The notes under the pieces: generated by a model | Database searches by the model: none | Told to the model about the DNA's origin: nothing | Seen by the model: only the letters and a program-made list of their open reading frames with translations | Translations under genes and position numbers: made by a program | Assembly (NCBI GenBank): GCA_964588985.1 | Contig: CAZPQW010000017.1 | Location: 9,772 to 73,771, forward strand | Source: an uncultured Solirubrobacteraceae bacterium | GTDB taxonomy: Bacteria; Actinomycetota; Thermoleophilia; Solirubrobacterales; Solirubrobacteraceae | Reading direction: 5' to 3' | DNA length: 64,000 nt | In this document: positions 1 through 9,943 of the stretch, piece by piece | Position numbering within the stretch: the first letter of the stretch is position 1 | How the letters are laid out: each line of letters begins with the position of its first letter

Positions 1-165
1 AACCTCTTCGCGCTTGCAGGCGGCGGCATACGCCTTGAAGTTCGCCGGGTAGGCGTGCTTGAAGTGCAGCGCGATTCCGCGGCCCATCACGCCGACACAG
101 TTGACCGTGTTGACGAGGGCTTCGGCCTCGGCTTGAAGGATGTTGCCCTGCGTGTACTCGATCAT
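1..165 (-). CDS. darG: DarG-like macrodomain antitoxin (5' part; runs off window)
   Basis: Translates [36 protein letters not shown], a macrodomain N-terminus; directly downstream of darT. Confidence 0.88.
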   Translation of the reverse strand, partial: MIEYTQGNILQAEAEALVNTVNCVGVMGRGIALHFKHAYPANFKAYAAACKREEV

Positions 166-172
166 GGCGGGC

Positions 173-820
173 TCAAAAGTACCATCTGGGCTGGACGTCA
201 ACGGGAGGCTGGTGCGCAGCACCGTTGAGCATGGCGACCACCTCAGATTGGACGTTCGCCGAGCCGACGCCGATGTGCTCGACGAGGTTCCAAGGAACGA
301 ATCTCTTGACCAGGAACTCGGCCTGCTTGCCCTCCTTGATCTTCGCGTCCCGGAAGTCGGTCGCCTTCACAGCGCCCCAGTCGACCTCGCCGAGCTGAGC
401 GAAATCGTTTCTGAACAGCGCGTACGCCGCGCCTGCGTTCGCGAGACTAAACGCCCACCGAGTGCCGGATCGTGTTGCCCAATCCACGGTGCTCGCGAGG
501 TCGGCCTGGAGGTGGACAATGGGGCCCTGCCCGCCACGGTAGGTAAGGCCGGGATGATTCGCCTTGTGCAGCAGGTAGAGCATGATCGAACGTGGGCAGA
601 AGTAGAACGGTACGTATTGTCCAACCTTGTCGCCCTCATGGCACTTCACCGGTAACCGCATACGGTTCTGCTTGATCTCGCTCATGCCGATTGCGAGTTG
701 GGGATCTCCGCGCGCGATCATCTCGGCGTCAGATAGAAGACCACCGTCGTTCATTATCGACGGCAGGTTCTTGAAGTGCGTAATGTGGTAGATCCGGGTC
801 GGTTGAGGCGGCTCAGTCAT
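173..820 (-). CDS. darT: DarT DNA ADP-ribosyltransferase toxin (DUF4433)
   Basis: [27 protein letters not shown] and KQAEFLV motifs; start taken at ATG 820. Confidence 0.88.
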   Translation of the reverse strand: MTEPPQPTRIYHITHFKNLPSIMNDGGLLSDAEMIARGDPQLAIGMSEIKQNRMRLPVKCHEGDKVGQYVPFYFCPRSIMLYLLHKANHPGLTYRGGQGPIVHLQADLASTVDWATRSGTRWAFSLANAGAAYALFRNDFAQLGEVDWGAVKATDFRDAKIKEGKQAEFLVKRFVPWNLVEHIGVGSANVQSEVVAMLNGAAHQPPVDVQPRWYF

Positions 821-970
821 CGTCTCCGTGTACAACAACGTAGGTGAGCAAGGATGCTGTCGACTGCACCGACGCCCGTCTCGTTGGCCACAGCGCCAGA
901 TGCGTCCGCCCAAGCGAGGTCGACGCCAAGAACTCTCATATCCGCCTCCTATAGTTCCCGTTCAAGATCG

Positions 971-1822
971 TCAGGGAATCCTGCTGCTCCGGCCGTGGTT
1001 GGCCGCGAACTGTTCGAGGTGAGGCCGGTCGAAAGCAGAAGGATAGATTGCATCTCGAGTCAAGCCCGCACGAGTCGAAAGGAACGATCGCAAACCCTCC
1101 TTTAGGTTGTCCTGTACTCGAAATACACATACCTTCTTGACGTCGCTGCGTCCTGGATTTTTCCGATTCATTCTATATTTGACGGCCGTTTTGGATGTGA
1201 CCGTCATCATCGGTTCGTCGCTGCGTTCCACATCGTGCAGGAGAAATGCGCCTCGCTGGATTCGTAGTCGATGATCGATAGGTGGTGGCTCGTAGTACGC
1301 GACATTGTTGCCGATGCTTTTCAGCACGCGAGCAATGGATCTAGGGTCGAAGGGCGCCAACATTTTTCCGGGGCGTCGTATTGCGACAAGAACTCCATCC
1401 GGCACTTTTGTCGCATGGCTGGGATCAGAACAGCATGCGTTGGCGCCCGGAGGCTTTGTTGCTGCCATAAAGAGCGCGACCGCCGGATCGGTAGTGACAT
1501 CTAGGAGCGCAGTTGCAGCTCCTTGGTGCTGGAGGCGAGCGAGTAGAGCAAGATCGGTTAACCGGACATCGTCATGAGCATTGAGATTGGCAGTGCGACA
1601 GGCGTCGAGCATGCTAATCAGCGCTGGAACACGGTCGGCAGGATTGCCCTTCCTGGTCACGATGCCCGGCGTCAAGCCCCAATTGCAACACCAGTGCCCT
1701 CGCCAGAGCCACTGCTCATCCTTGAACGCCACATGTAGGCGCCAGATGTCTTCCAGAAGCCGGCGCTGCCTTTGGGGGGCCTGGCCAGATGGAGCGGAGG
1801 GATACCAGTTGTCCTTGAGCAT
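971..1822 (-). CDS. FRG domain protein
   Basis: WLWRGH, LQHQGAATALLDVTTDPAVALFMA and RLRIQRGAFL motifs. Confidence 0.8.
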   Translation of the reverse strand: MLKDNWYPSAPSGQAPQRQRRLLEDIWRLHVAFKDEQWLWRGHWCCNWGLTPGIVTRKGNPADRVPALISMLDACRTANLNAHDDVRLTDLALLARLQHQGAATALLDVTTDPAVALFMAATKPPGANACCSDPSHATKVPDGVLVAIRRPGKMLAPFDPRSIARVLKSIGNNVAYYEPPPIDHRLRIQRGAFLLHDVERSDEPMMTVTSKTAVKYRMNRKNPGRSDVKKVCVFRVQDNLKEGLRSFLSTRAGLTRDAIYPSAFDRPHLEQFAANHGRSSRIP

Positions 1823-1968
1823 GCCGAAAGGCTAAGGTTCCGCCCGGCGGTGCGGACAGTTCAATTTGTCGGCCTTCGTCACGCCACCGCAATCCGGCGG
1901 TTCCGCGAGGTCGCTAGCTATGGGTACACGCGAGAGCAGGGACGGCGGAGAGAGCGAGCGACGGGGCT

Positions 1969-2676
1969 CTACCCCGCCTGCTCGGTCGGCCGGATGAGGA
2001 TCTCGTTGACGTTGACGTGCGGGGGCTGGGAGGCGGCGTAGATCACGGCGCGCGCGATGTCGTCGTCCTGGAGCGCGTCGGTGGGCCGGTTCTCGAAGAA
2101 CGGCGTGTCGACCATCCCGGGCTCGATCAGCGTGACGCGCACGCCCGTGCCGTGCAGATCCTGACGCGCGGCCTCGCCCATGGCGGTGACGGCGTGCTTG
2201 GTGCACGAGTACATCGACCCGGGCAGCACGCGCCGGCCGGCGACGCTGGAGGTGAGCATCAGGTGTCCGCGCGACTCCTTCAGCGCGGGGATGCACGCGC
2301 GCAGCGTGAGCGCGGCGCCGTAGACGTTCGTGAGCACCATCTCCCGCCAGTGCTCGGGCGTGTCGTTGAGGAAGCCGCGCGGCCCGCCGAAACCGGCGTT
2401 GGCGAACGCGACGTCGATTCGCCCGAAGGCAGCGAGCGCTTCGGCGACCATCCGCTGCTGGTCCTCCCACTCGGTCACGTCGCAGCGCACCGCCAGAGCG
2501 TGCTCTGAGCCGCCGAGCTCCTGTGCGAGCTCTCCCAGCCGCTCGGCGGAGCGCGCGGCGAGCACGACGCGCCAGCCCTCGGCGCGGGCGTGGCGGGCGG
2601 TGGCGGCGCCGATCCCGGAGGAGGCGCCGGTGATCAGGAGGACCCGATCGGCGGGAGTTGGGCTCTGTGCGGTCAT
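1969..2676 (-). CDS. Short-chain dehydrogenase/reductase
   Basis: ITGASSGIG, NAG and YSCTK (YxxxK) motifs. Confidence 0.9.
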   Translation of the reverse strand: MTAQSPTPADRVLLITGASSGIGAATARHARAEGWRVVLAARSAERLGELAQELGGSEHALAVRCDVTEWEDQQRMVAEALAAFGRIDVAFANAGFGGPRGFLNDTPEHWREMVLTNVYGAALTLRACIPALKESRGHLMLTSSVAGRRVLPGSMYSCTKHAVTAMGEAARQDLHGTGVRVTLIEPGMVDTPFFENRPTDALQDDDIARAVIYAASQPPHVNVNEILIRPTEQAG

Positions 2677-2721
2677 GGGTGGGCTCCTTGTGTCGCGGTC
2701 TGGGCTGTCACGATGCTCTCC

Positions 2722-4071
2722 ATGCTGCACGATCGCGCGAGGATCCACGTACAGGCGGGTGCCGGCGGCGACGGCTCGACGAGCTTTCGCCGCGAAGCGC
2801 ACGTGCCGCGCGGCGGCCCGGACGGCGGCGACGGTGGCCACGGGGGCGCGGTGGTGGTGGTGTGCGACGACTCGCTGCGCGACCTGCAGAGCTTCCGGCG
2901 CAAGGCCCAGCACCGCGCCGGTCGCGGCGGGCACGGCGGCAGCTCACAGCGCCACGGAGCGGACGGCGAGACGCTGATCATCCGCGTCCCGCCCGGCACG
3001 CAGATCGAGGGCTCGGACGACGACGGCGGCGATCTCGAGGGGCGCCGCTGGGAGCTGCTCGCGGACGGCCAGCGCGCGACGGTCGCGCGGGGCGGTAGCG
3101 GCGGCAAGGGCAACAAGCGCTTCGCTACGCCCACCCGCCAGGCGCCGCGCTTCGCCGAGAAGGGCCTCGCGGGCGAGGAAGGGTGGCTCGAGCTGCAGCT
3201 GAAGCTGCTCGCCGACGTGGGCCTCGTGGGGCTGCCGAACGCGGGCAAGTCCTCGCTGCTGTCGCGTCTGACGCGCGCGGCGCCGAAGGTCGCGAGCTAC
3301 CCGTTCACGACGCTCTCGCCGGTGCTGGGCGTGCTCGAAGGCGACGATCGCCAGCTGATCGTGGCGGACATCCCGGGGCTGATCGAGGGCGCGAGCGAAG
3401 GCGCGGGGCTCGGGCACGACTTCCTCGCGCACGTCGAGCGCACGCGCCTGCTGGTGCACGTCCTCGACCTAGCGCCCGAGATATCACAGGGCGAGGGCGC
3501 GGACGCGCTGGCGAACTACACGACGATCGAGCACGAGCTCGCCGCGCACGACGAGCGTCTCGCGCGACTGCCGCGGATACTGGCGCTGTCGAAGGCCGAT
3601 CTGGTCACCCCCGAGCGCGCGGCTGAGGCGCTCGCGGAGTGGCAGGAGCGCCTCGGCTCCGACGTGCCGGTGTTCGTGACGTCGAGCGCGACGGGCGAGG
3701 GGCTCCCGCTGCTGGCCGGCGAGCTGCTGCGGCGCGTGTCGCTCGGCGGCGAGGAGGAGGGGGAAGCGGTGCCGGCCCAGGTGGCGAGCGTGACGGGCGA
3801 GGACGAGCTGGCCGAGCACATGGTGTTCCGCCCGACGGGCGCGAGCGGTTTTCGCGTCGAGCGCGTCGGCCCGGGCGCGTTCGCGGTCAGGGGCCGGGGG
3901 ATCGAGCGCCTGCTGGCCCGCTACGAGGTCGAGAACGAGGACGCGATGGCCTACCTCGAGGGGAGGCTGCGCAGGATCGGCGTGCTTAGGGCGTTGGAGG
4001 CCGAGGGCTTCCAGCCGGGGGACGAGATCGAGATCGCGGGAGTGACGTTCGAGCTGGACCCGAGCGCGTAG
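2722..4071 (+). CDS. obgE: GTPase ObgE
   Basis: Gly-rich Obg domain, GLPNAGKS, YPFTT, DIPG, C-terminal domain; start at second ATG. Confidence 0.96.
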   Translation: MLHDRARIHVQAGAGGDGSTSFRREAHVPRGGPDGGDGGHGGAVVVVCDDSLRDLQSFRRKAQHRAGRGGHGGSSQRHGADGETLIIRVPPGTQIEGSDDDGGDLEGRRWELLADGQRATVARGGSGGKGNKRFATPTRQAPRFAEKGLAGEEGWLELQLKLLADVGLVGLPNAGKSSLLSRLTRAAPKVASYPFTTLSPVLGVLEGDDRQLIVADIPGLIEGASEGAGLGHDFLAHVERTRLLVHVLDLAPEISQGEGADALANYTTIEHELAAHDERLARLPRILALSKADLVTPERAAEALAEWQERLGSDVPVFVTSSATGEGLPLLAGELLRRVSLGGEEEGEAVPAQVASVTGEDELAEHMVFRPTGASGFRVERVGPGAFAVRGRGIERLLARYEVENEDAMAYLEGRLRRIGVLRALEAEGFQPGDEIEIAGVTFELDPSA

Positions 4072-4098
4072 CGATTATAGCTCATAGGTTATAATCGC
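4071..4098 (+). promoter_or_regulatory. Palindromic operator overlapping a TATAAT -10 box
   Basis: gcgattata-N10-tataatcgc, perfect 9-bp inverted repeat ending 4 nt before ATG 4103. Confidence 0.65.
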
Positions 4099-4102
4099 TT
4101 GC

Positions 4103-4441
4103 ATGTCATCTGCTTCGGCTTTGCTCAGAACAGCGCGCCGGAACGCGAGCCTCACGCAGACAGATCTGGCGAGACGGCTGGGAGTCAGCCAAGCGGCCAT
4201 CGCCAAGCTGGAGAGGCCTGGAGCAAACCCCACGATGGCGACTGTCGAGGCCGCGCTGTGGGCGACCGGGCATCGGCTTGTGCTGGACGCTCCCGCGAGG
4301 CGAGTGGGTGTGGATGAGAGTTTGATCCGCCAGCACTTGGAACTGACGCCGAGCGAACGGCTGAGCGGCCTCGAAGCGATGTATGCCGAGGCGCGTGCGC
4401 TGGTGCTCGCCGGCGCGAGGAGTCGCGGTGAACAGCCCTGA
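4103..4441 (+). CDS. XRE-family HTH protein (putative antitoxin/regulator)
   Basis: LTQTDLARRLGVSQAAIAKLE HTH; C-terminal LELTPSERL. Confidence 0.85.
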   Translation: MSSASALLRTARRNASLTQTDLARRLGVSQAAIAKLERPGANPTMATVEAALWATGHRLVLDAPARRVGVDESLIRQHLELTPSERLSGLEAMYAEARALVLAGARSRGEQP

Positions 4442-4949
4442 GCAGTGGCTGAGAAACCCGGAGTTTCGGCTTCGCTCGTTGCTGCGCAGCTTGACCGAGG
4501 GAGGAGTGGACTTCGTGGTCATCGGGGGTGTTGCCGTGATCGTGCAAGCGAGCCCGCGGCTAACGAAGGACCTCGACATCTGTTACGACCCGGGGCACGA
4601 GAACCTCGAGCGCCTCGCGGCTGTGCTGGTGAAGCTCGAGGCCAAGCTGCGAGGGGTCGACGAGGATCTGCCGTTCGTCCCCGACGCGCGCACGCTCCGA
4701 CGAACGCAGATCCTGACTTTGACCACAGTCGACGGCGGTATCGATCTGCTCGTGGACCCAGACGGCTCTCCCAGCTATTCCGCCCTGAGACGTAGGGCGA
4801 GTCAGGTGGAGTTCGAAGGGGTCTCAGTCCGGGTCGCGTCGGTCGACGATCTGATTGCGATGAAGCGCGCCGCCGGTCGTCCTCAAGATCTGGTCGATCT
4901 CGAAGCGTTGGAGATCGCTCGCATCCGTACGCGTCGTGGGGGCAAATAA
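4428..4949 (+). CDS. Nucleotidyltransferase-fold protein (putative TA toxin)
   Basis: FVVIGGVA...RLTKDLD motif and LIAMKRAAGRPQDLVDLEAL; overlaps the HTH gene. Confidence 0.75.
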   Translation: MNSPEQWLRNPEFRLRSLLRSLTEGGVDFVVIGGVAVIVQASPRLTKDLDICYDPGHENLERLAAVLVKLEAKLRGVDEDLPFVPDARTLRRTQILTLTTVDGGIDLLVDPDGSPSYSALRRRASQVEFEGVSVRVASVDDLIAMKRAAGRPQDLVDLEALEIARIRTRRGGK

Positions 4950-4958
4950 GCTCCACGT

Positions 4959-6068
4959 ATGAGACGAGTGGTCGTGAAGCTGGGCTCGAGCGTCGTCGCG
5001 TCGAGCGACGGCGCTCCGCGTGCTGAGGTGCTCGCGCGCGTGTGCGACCAGCTCGCGGCGCTGCACCGCGAGGGCGTGGAGGTGATCGTGGTGACGAGCG
5101 GCGCGATCGCGCACGGCATGCGCGTGATGGGGCTGCCCCAGCGCCCGACGACGGTCGGCGCGCTGCAGGCGGCGAGCGCGGTGGGGCAGGGCAAGCTCTA
5201 CCGCGTGTATGACGAGCTGCTGCGCGAACGGGAGGTGACGAGCGCGCAGGTGCTGCTGACGTTCTTCGACATGAGCGCGCGCACCCACTACCTGAACGCG
5301 CGCAAGACGCTCTCGACGCTGTTGGAGTGGCGCGTGATGCCGGTGATCAACGAGAACGACACGACCGCGACGGACGAGATCTCCTTCGGCGACAACGACT
5401 TCCTGGCGGCGCAGGTGGCGGTGCTGATCGCCGCGGAGGAGCTGATCCTGTTGACGGACATCGACGGCCTCTACACGGCCGACCCGCGGCTGTATCCGGA
5501 GGCGCACATCGTGAGCGAGGTGAGCGACTTCTCGGCGCTGGAGAACCTCGCGATCGGCCACACGACCTCGCCGCTCGGCTCGGGCGGCATGCGCTCGAAG
5601 GTGGTCGCGGCGGAGATGGCGACGGCGGCGGGGATCCCGACGACGATCTGCAACGGGCTGCGCGCGGAGGCGCTCGCGGCGGTGCTGGCGGGCGAGCGCG
5701 AGGGCACGCGCTTCGCGGCGGGCGAGGCGCGCTACTCGAGCTTCAAGCTGTGGCTGAAGTACGCGAAGCCCTCGCGCGGCACGCTGGTGATCGACCAGGG
5801 CGCGGCGCGCGCGGTGCGCGAGGGCGCGGCGAGCCTGCTGCCGGTGGGCGTGATCGACGTGAAGGGCGACTTCGACGCGGGCGACGCGGTGGACATCGTC
5901 GAGCTGCCGGGCGCCGCCGCGCACGGTCGCACGCTCGCGAAGGGGATCTGCAGCTACACGGCGGAGGAGCTGCGCCAGGTGATGGGGCTGAAGTCCGACG
6001 CGATCCGCGAGATCCTGCCGCGCGCGACCGACGAGGCGGTGCACCGCGACTACCTCGTGGTCGACTGA
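4959..6068 (+). CDS. proB: Glutamate 5-kinase
   Basis: VVKLGSS, NENDT, FGDND, GSGGMRSK; C-terminal PUA domain. Confidence 0.96.
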   Translation: MRRVVVKLGSSVVASSDGAPRAEVLARVCDQLAALHREGVEVIVVTSGAIAHGMRVMGLPQRPTTVGALQAASAVGQGKLYRVYDELLREREVTSAQVLLTFFDMSARTHYLNARKTLSTLLEWRVMPVINENDTTATDEISFGDNDFLAAQVAVLIAAEELILLTDIDGLYTADPRLYPEAHIVSEVSDFSALENLAIGHTTSPLGSGGMRSKVVAAEMATAAGIPTTICNGLRAEALAAVLAGEREGTRFAAGEARYSSFKLWLKYAKPSRGTLVIDQGAARAVREGAASLLPVGVIDVKGDFDAGDAVDIVELPGAAAHGRTLAKGICSYTAEELRQVMGLKSDAIREILPRATDEAVHRDYLVVD

Positions 6069-6101
6069 CAGACGGCCTCGGGCGTCGTACCCTGTGTGCT
6101 C

Positions 6102-7409
6102 ATGGCAACGGCCGTCACATCATCGGTAGCTGAGACCTGTCGCGCGGCCAAGCGCGCGGCGCGCGTGCTCGCGCAGACCGACACCGCGATCAAGGATGCG
6201 GCGCTGGAGGCGATCGCGACGGCGCTGAACGCCCGCACGGACGAGATTCTGGCGGCGAACGATCGCGACATGCAGCTCGCGCGCGAGGCCGACATCGGCG
6301 ACGCGCTCCTGGACCGCCTGCGCTTGGACGAGGGGCGCATCGAGGCGATCGCGCGCGCTGTGCGTCAGATCGCTGCGCTCGGGGACCCGGTGGGGGAGGT
6401 GATCGACGGGCACCGCCTGCCGAACGGCCTGGACGTGCGCAAGGTGCGCGTGCCGCTGGGCGTGGTGGCGGTGGTGTATGAGGCGCGCCCGAACGTGACG
6501 ATCGACGCGGCGGCGCTGTGCCTGAAGTCGGGCAACGCGATCGTGCTGCGCGGCTCCTCCTCGGCGATGCACTCCAACGCGGCGCTCGCGCGGATCGCGG
6601 GCGAGGCGGCGGTCGCGGCGGGCCTGCCGGAGGGCTGCGTGAGCCTCGTGGCGGGCGGCGGGCGTGAGGAGCTCGCGGAGCTGGCGACGCAGAGAGAGAG
6701 CGTCGACCTGATCATCCCGCGCGGCGGGGAGGGGTTGAAGGACGCGCTGCAGGCGGTGGCGACGGTGCCGGTGATCTACGCGGCGTCGGGCAACTGCCAC
6801 GTGTACGTGGACGGGAGCGCGGACTTCGACCAGGCCGAGGCGATCGTGATCAACGCGAAGACCCAGCGTCCGGGCGTGTGCAACGCGGCGGAGACGCTGC
6901 TGGTGCACGAGCGCATCGCGCCCGAGCTGCTGCCGCGGCTGCTGCGCGCGCTGGGTAGCGCGGGGGTGCTGGTGCGCGGCGACGAGCGCGTGCGCGAGCT
7001 GGCGCAGGCGGCGGCGGGAGAGGGCGCGGACGTGTGGGAGTCGCTCGGCGTGGTCGTGGAGCCCGCGACGGAGGAGGACTGGGCGAGCGAGTACCTCGCG
7101 CCGATCCTCGCGGTGGGCGTGGTCGACTCGGTGGAGGAGGCGATCGAGCACGTGGGCCGCTACGGCAGCGGTCACTCGGAGGCGATCGTGACGCGCGACA
7201 CGGCGGCGGCACGCGCGTTCCAGCTGGGCGTGGACGCGGCGTGCGTGTACGTGAACGCGTCGACGCGCTTCACCGACGGCGGCGAGTTCGGGATGGGCGC
7301 GGAGATCGGCAACTCGACGCAGAAGCTGCACGCGCGCGGCCCGATCGGCCTGCGCGAGCTGTGCACGTTCAAGTACCTCGTCGAAGGCGACGGCCACGTC
7401 CGCGTCTGA
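6102..7409 (+). CDS. proA: Gamma-glutamyl phosphate reductase
   Basis: YEARPNVT, GVCNAAET, NASTRFTDGGEFGMGAEIG. Confidence 0.96.
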   Translation: MATAVTSSVAETCRAAKRAARVLAQTDTAIKDAALEAIATALNARTDEILAANDRDMQLAREADIGDALLDRLRLDEGRIEAIARAVRQIAALGDPVGEVIDGHRLPNGLDVRKVRVPLGVVAVVYEARPNVTIDAAALCLKSGNAIVLRGSSSAMHSNAALARIAGEAAVAAGLPEGCVSLVAGGGREELAELATQRESVDLIIPRGGEGLKDALQAVATVPVIYAASGNCHVYVDGSADFDQAEAIVINAKTQRPGVCNAAETLLVHERIAPELLPRLLRALGSAGVLVRGDERVRELAQAAAGEGADVWESLGVVVEPATEEDWASEYLAPILAVGVVDSVEEAIEHVGRYGSGHSEAIVTRDTAAARAFQLGVDAACVYVNASTRFTDGGEFGMGAEIGNSTQKLHARGPIGLRELCTFKYLVEGDGHVRV

Positions 7410-7413
7410 GCCC

Positions 7414-8061
7414 CTGACGAGGAGCGTCGGCATCCTCGGAGGGACGTTCAACCCGCCGCACCTGGGACACCTGGCGGTGGCGCGCCACGCGCGAGAGGAG
7501 TTGGGATTGGATCGCGTTGTGCTGATGCCGACGGGCAGCCCCATGCACAAGCCCGCCGCGGAGGATCCGGGTGCGGAGTGCCGTCTTGCGATGTGTCGTC
7601 TCGCCGCGCAGACCGTGGAAGGACTGTCGGCGTGCGCCCTGGAGGTGGAACGCGGCGGGCCGTCCTATACCGTGGATACCTTGAGAGCCATACACGCAAG
7701 CCATCCAGACGCCGAGCTGACGTTCATCGTGGGCGCGGACACTGCCTCCACGCTGGCATCCTGGCGCGAGCCTGTCGAGCTGCTGGGTCTGGCGCGCCTG
7801 GCCGTCGCCTCGCGCAGCGGCTCCGGCAGGCAGCAGGTGCTCGACACGGTCACGGGCCTCGTGGGCGGGGACGAGCGGGCGCGCGAGCGGCTGACCTCGC
7901 GCGTGGGGTTCCTGACGATGGACACGATCGAGGTGTCCTCCTCCTCGGTGCGTGAGCGCGCTCGGCGCGGGGAGTCCCTGGAGACCTTCGTGGGCCCGGC
8001 GGTCGCCACCTACATCGCGGAGCACGGCCTCTACAGCGGCGCGCGGGAGGCGGTGGGCTGA
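7414..8061 (+). CDS. nadD: Nicotinate-nucleotide adenylyltransferase (start uncertain)
   Basis: GILGGTFNPPHLGH lies in frame upstream of the track start 7477; SYTVDTL, FIVGAD, VSSSSVR; proA-nadD-rsfS synteny. Confidence 0.9.
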   Translation: MTRSVGILGGTFNPPHLGHLAVARHAREELGLDRVVLMPTGSPMHKPAAEDPGAECRLAMCRLAAQTVEGLSACALEVERGGPSYTVDTLRAIHASHPDAELTFIVGADTASTLASWREPVELLGLARLAVASRSGSGRQQVLDTVTGLVGGDERARERLTSRVGFLTMDTIEVSSSSVRERARRGESLETFVGPAVATYIAEHGLYSGAREAVG

Positions 8062-8420
8062 TGCAGGGCGAGGAGCTGATCGGCGAGATCGCGCGTTTCG
8101 CGGCCGACAAGAAGGCGATCGACGTGGTCGAGCTGGACCTGCGCGGCGTGCTCGGCTACACCGACTACTTCCTCGTGTGCTCGGGCAACACCGGCCGCCA
8201 GGCGAAGGCGATCCAGGACGGCATCCTGGAGGGGCTCAAGAGCGAGCACGGCATCGCGCCGCGCAGGATCGAGGGCTCGATCCAGGCCGGCTGGATCCTG
8301 ATGGACTACCTCGACGTGGTGGTGCACATCTTCACGCCCGAGACGCGCGAGTTCTACCGCCTGGAGCAGCTGTGGGGAGAGGTGCCGGCGCGCGCCGCGG
8401 CGGGCGCCGAGGGCGCGTAG
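8061..8420 (+). CDS. rsfS: Ribosome silencing factor
   Basis: DKKA, WILMDYLDVVVHIF, FYRLEQLW. Confidence 0.95.
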   Translation: MQGEELIGEIARFAADKKAIDVVELDLRGVLGYTDYFLVCSGNTGRQAKAIQDGILEGLKSEHGIAPRRIEGSIQAGWILMDYLDVVVHIFTPETREFYRLEQLWGEVPARAAAGAEGA

Positions 8421-8557
8421 TAGGAGACGCCTGGCGCCCGGCAGGCCGGGTAGCTCTCTGAACTATCGAAGTTCGGTTGACCAGTCGTAGGGTTTTTGGT
8501 TAGGGTCGCCGTACAGCGCCGCCGAGGGAGCGGTGCATCTGAGATGGAGGGGAATCC

Positions 8558-9784
8558 ATGCACTACTCGATCGCTCATCGCGGGAGGTCATACCTCGCGC
8601 TACTCGCGGCCGCGGCGCTGGCTGCGTCGCTGCTCTACAGCATCAGCGCCCTGACGCCGAGCGCGCACGCCGTCGAAGGGTCGCCCTGGACGGTCACTCT
8701 GGGCGACTCGTTCATCTCCGGCGAGGCCGGACGCTGGGCCGGCAACACGGACGAAAGCTCGTCGAAGACCGACGCGCTCGGCTCGACCGCCTACTACGAC
8801 AACTCCGGCAACACCGCCGAGCTGATCAAAGGCTGCCACCGCTCGAAGTCGGCCGAGGCCTACATCGGCGGCGGCGTGAGCGGCGAGAACCTGGCGTGCT
8901 CGGGAGCGAAGACGTCGAGCTTCACGACCGAAGGGCTGTTCAAGCCGGGCATCGACTTCTACAGCTCGGGCGCCAACGAAGGCCAGGCGCTGATGCTCCA
9001 GCACTTCGCGGCGACGCACAACGTGAAGCTCGTGGCGCTGTCGATCGGCGGCAACAACTTCAACTTCGCGCCGATCGTGACGACGTGCATCGAGGACTTC
9101 CTCGAGTCGACGATCTTCTGGGACTTCTACTGCAGCAAAGAAAGCTCTGTGACGAACAACTTCACGTCGAGCAACGTGTCGAAAATCAAGGGCGAAATCG
9201 AAACGGCGATCAAAAACGTCGCCACGGCGATGACGAACGCGGGCTACACGAGCTCGCAGTACACGATCCTGGTGCAGAACTACCCCTCGCCGATCCCCAA
9301 CGGGTCGGAATTCCGCTACACCCAGAGCGGCTACAGCCGCCAGACGACGGGCGGCTGCGGCTTCTGGAACACGGACGCGAACTACGCCAACGCGACGATG
9401 CTGCCGACGATCGACAGCACCGTCCTGAACGCGGCCGCGGGGGCTGGCGTGTCGAACGTGAAGACGATGGAACTGAGCTCGGCGTTCAACAGCCACAGGC
9501 TGTGCGACAAAGGCGTGGGGCTGCTCGAGGAAGAGGGCCTGTCGAACTGGAAAGCGGCCGAAGCGGTGAACAAGAGCGAGTGGTTCAACCAGATCCGCAC
9601 GATCGAAACGCTGTTCGGGACGTATGAACTCCAGGAAGACATCCACCCGAACTACTGGGCACAGCTCGGCCTGCGCAACTGCCTGACCCAGGCGTACAAC
9701 GCGGGCGCGCCGAAGGGCGGGACGTGCACCACCTCGGGGACGGGATTGAACTCGGCCGGCGAGCCGAACATGTCGCTGCACTAG
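8558..9784 (+). CDS. Secreted SGNH/GDSL-family hydrolase
   Basis: Signal peptide, LGDSFISG, SIGGNN, DIHPN. Confidence 0.8.
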   Translation: MHYSIAHRGRSYLALLAAAALAASLLYSISALTPSAHAVEGSPWTVTLGDSFISGEAGRWAGNTDESSSKTDALGSTAYYDNSGNTAELIKGCHRSKSAEAYIGGGVSGENLACSGAKTSSFTTEGLFKPGIDFYSSGANEGQALMLQHFAATHNVKLVALSIGGNNFNFAPIVTTCIEDFLESTIFWDFYCSKESSVTNNFTSSNVSKIKGEIETAIKNVATAMTNAGYTSSQYTILVQNYPSPIPNGSEFRYTQSGYSRQTTGGCGFWNTDANYANATMLPTIDSTVLNAAAGAGVSNVKTMELSSAFNSHRLCDKGVGLLEEEGLSNWKAAEAVNKSEWFNQIRTIETLFGTYELQEDIHPNYWAQLGLRNCLTQAYNAGAPKGGTCTTSGTGLNSAGEPNMSLH

Positions 9785-9943
9785 GGAAGCGCAGAGGGAC
9801 GCAGAGGCGCCGGCCGGGCTGTTCAGCCGGCCGGCGCTTCGCGTTCCCCAAAGCACCATGGTTGACAATAAATTTAGGAAAGATCCGTAGTAGATACGGA
9901 CGCTGCTGGCAGGTCAAGTACAGTAAGTGTCTAAATAGTCAAC

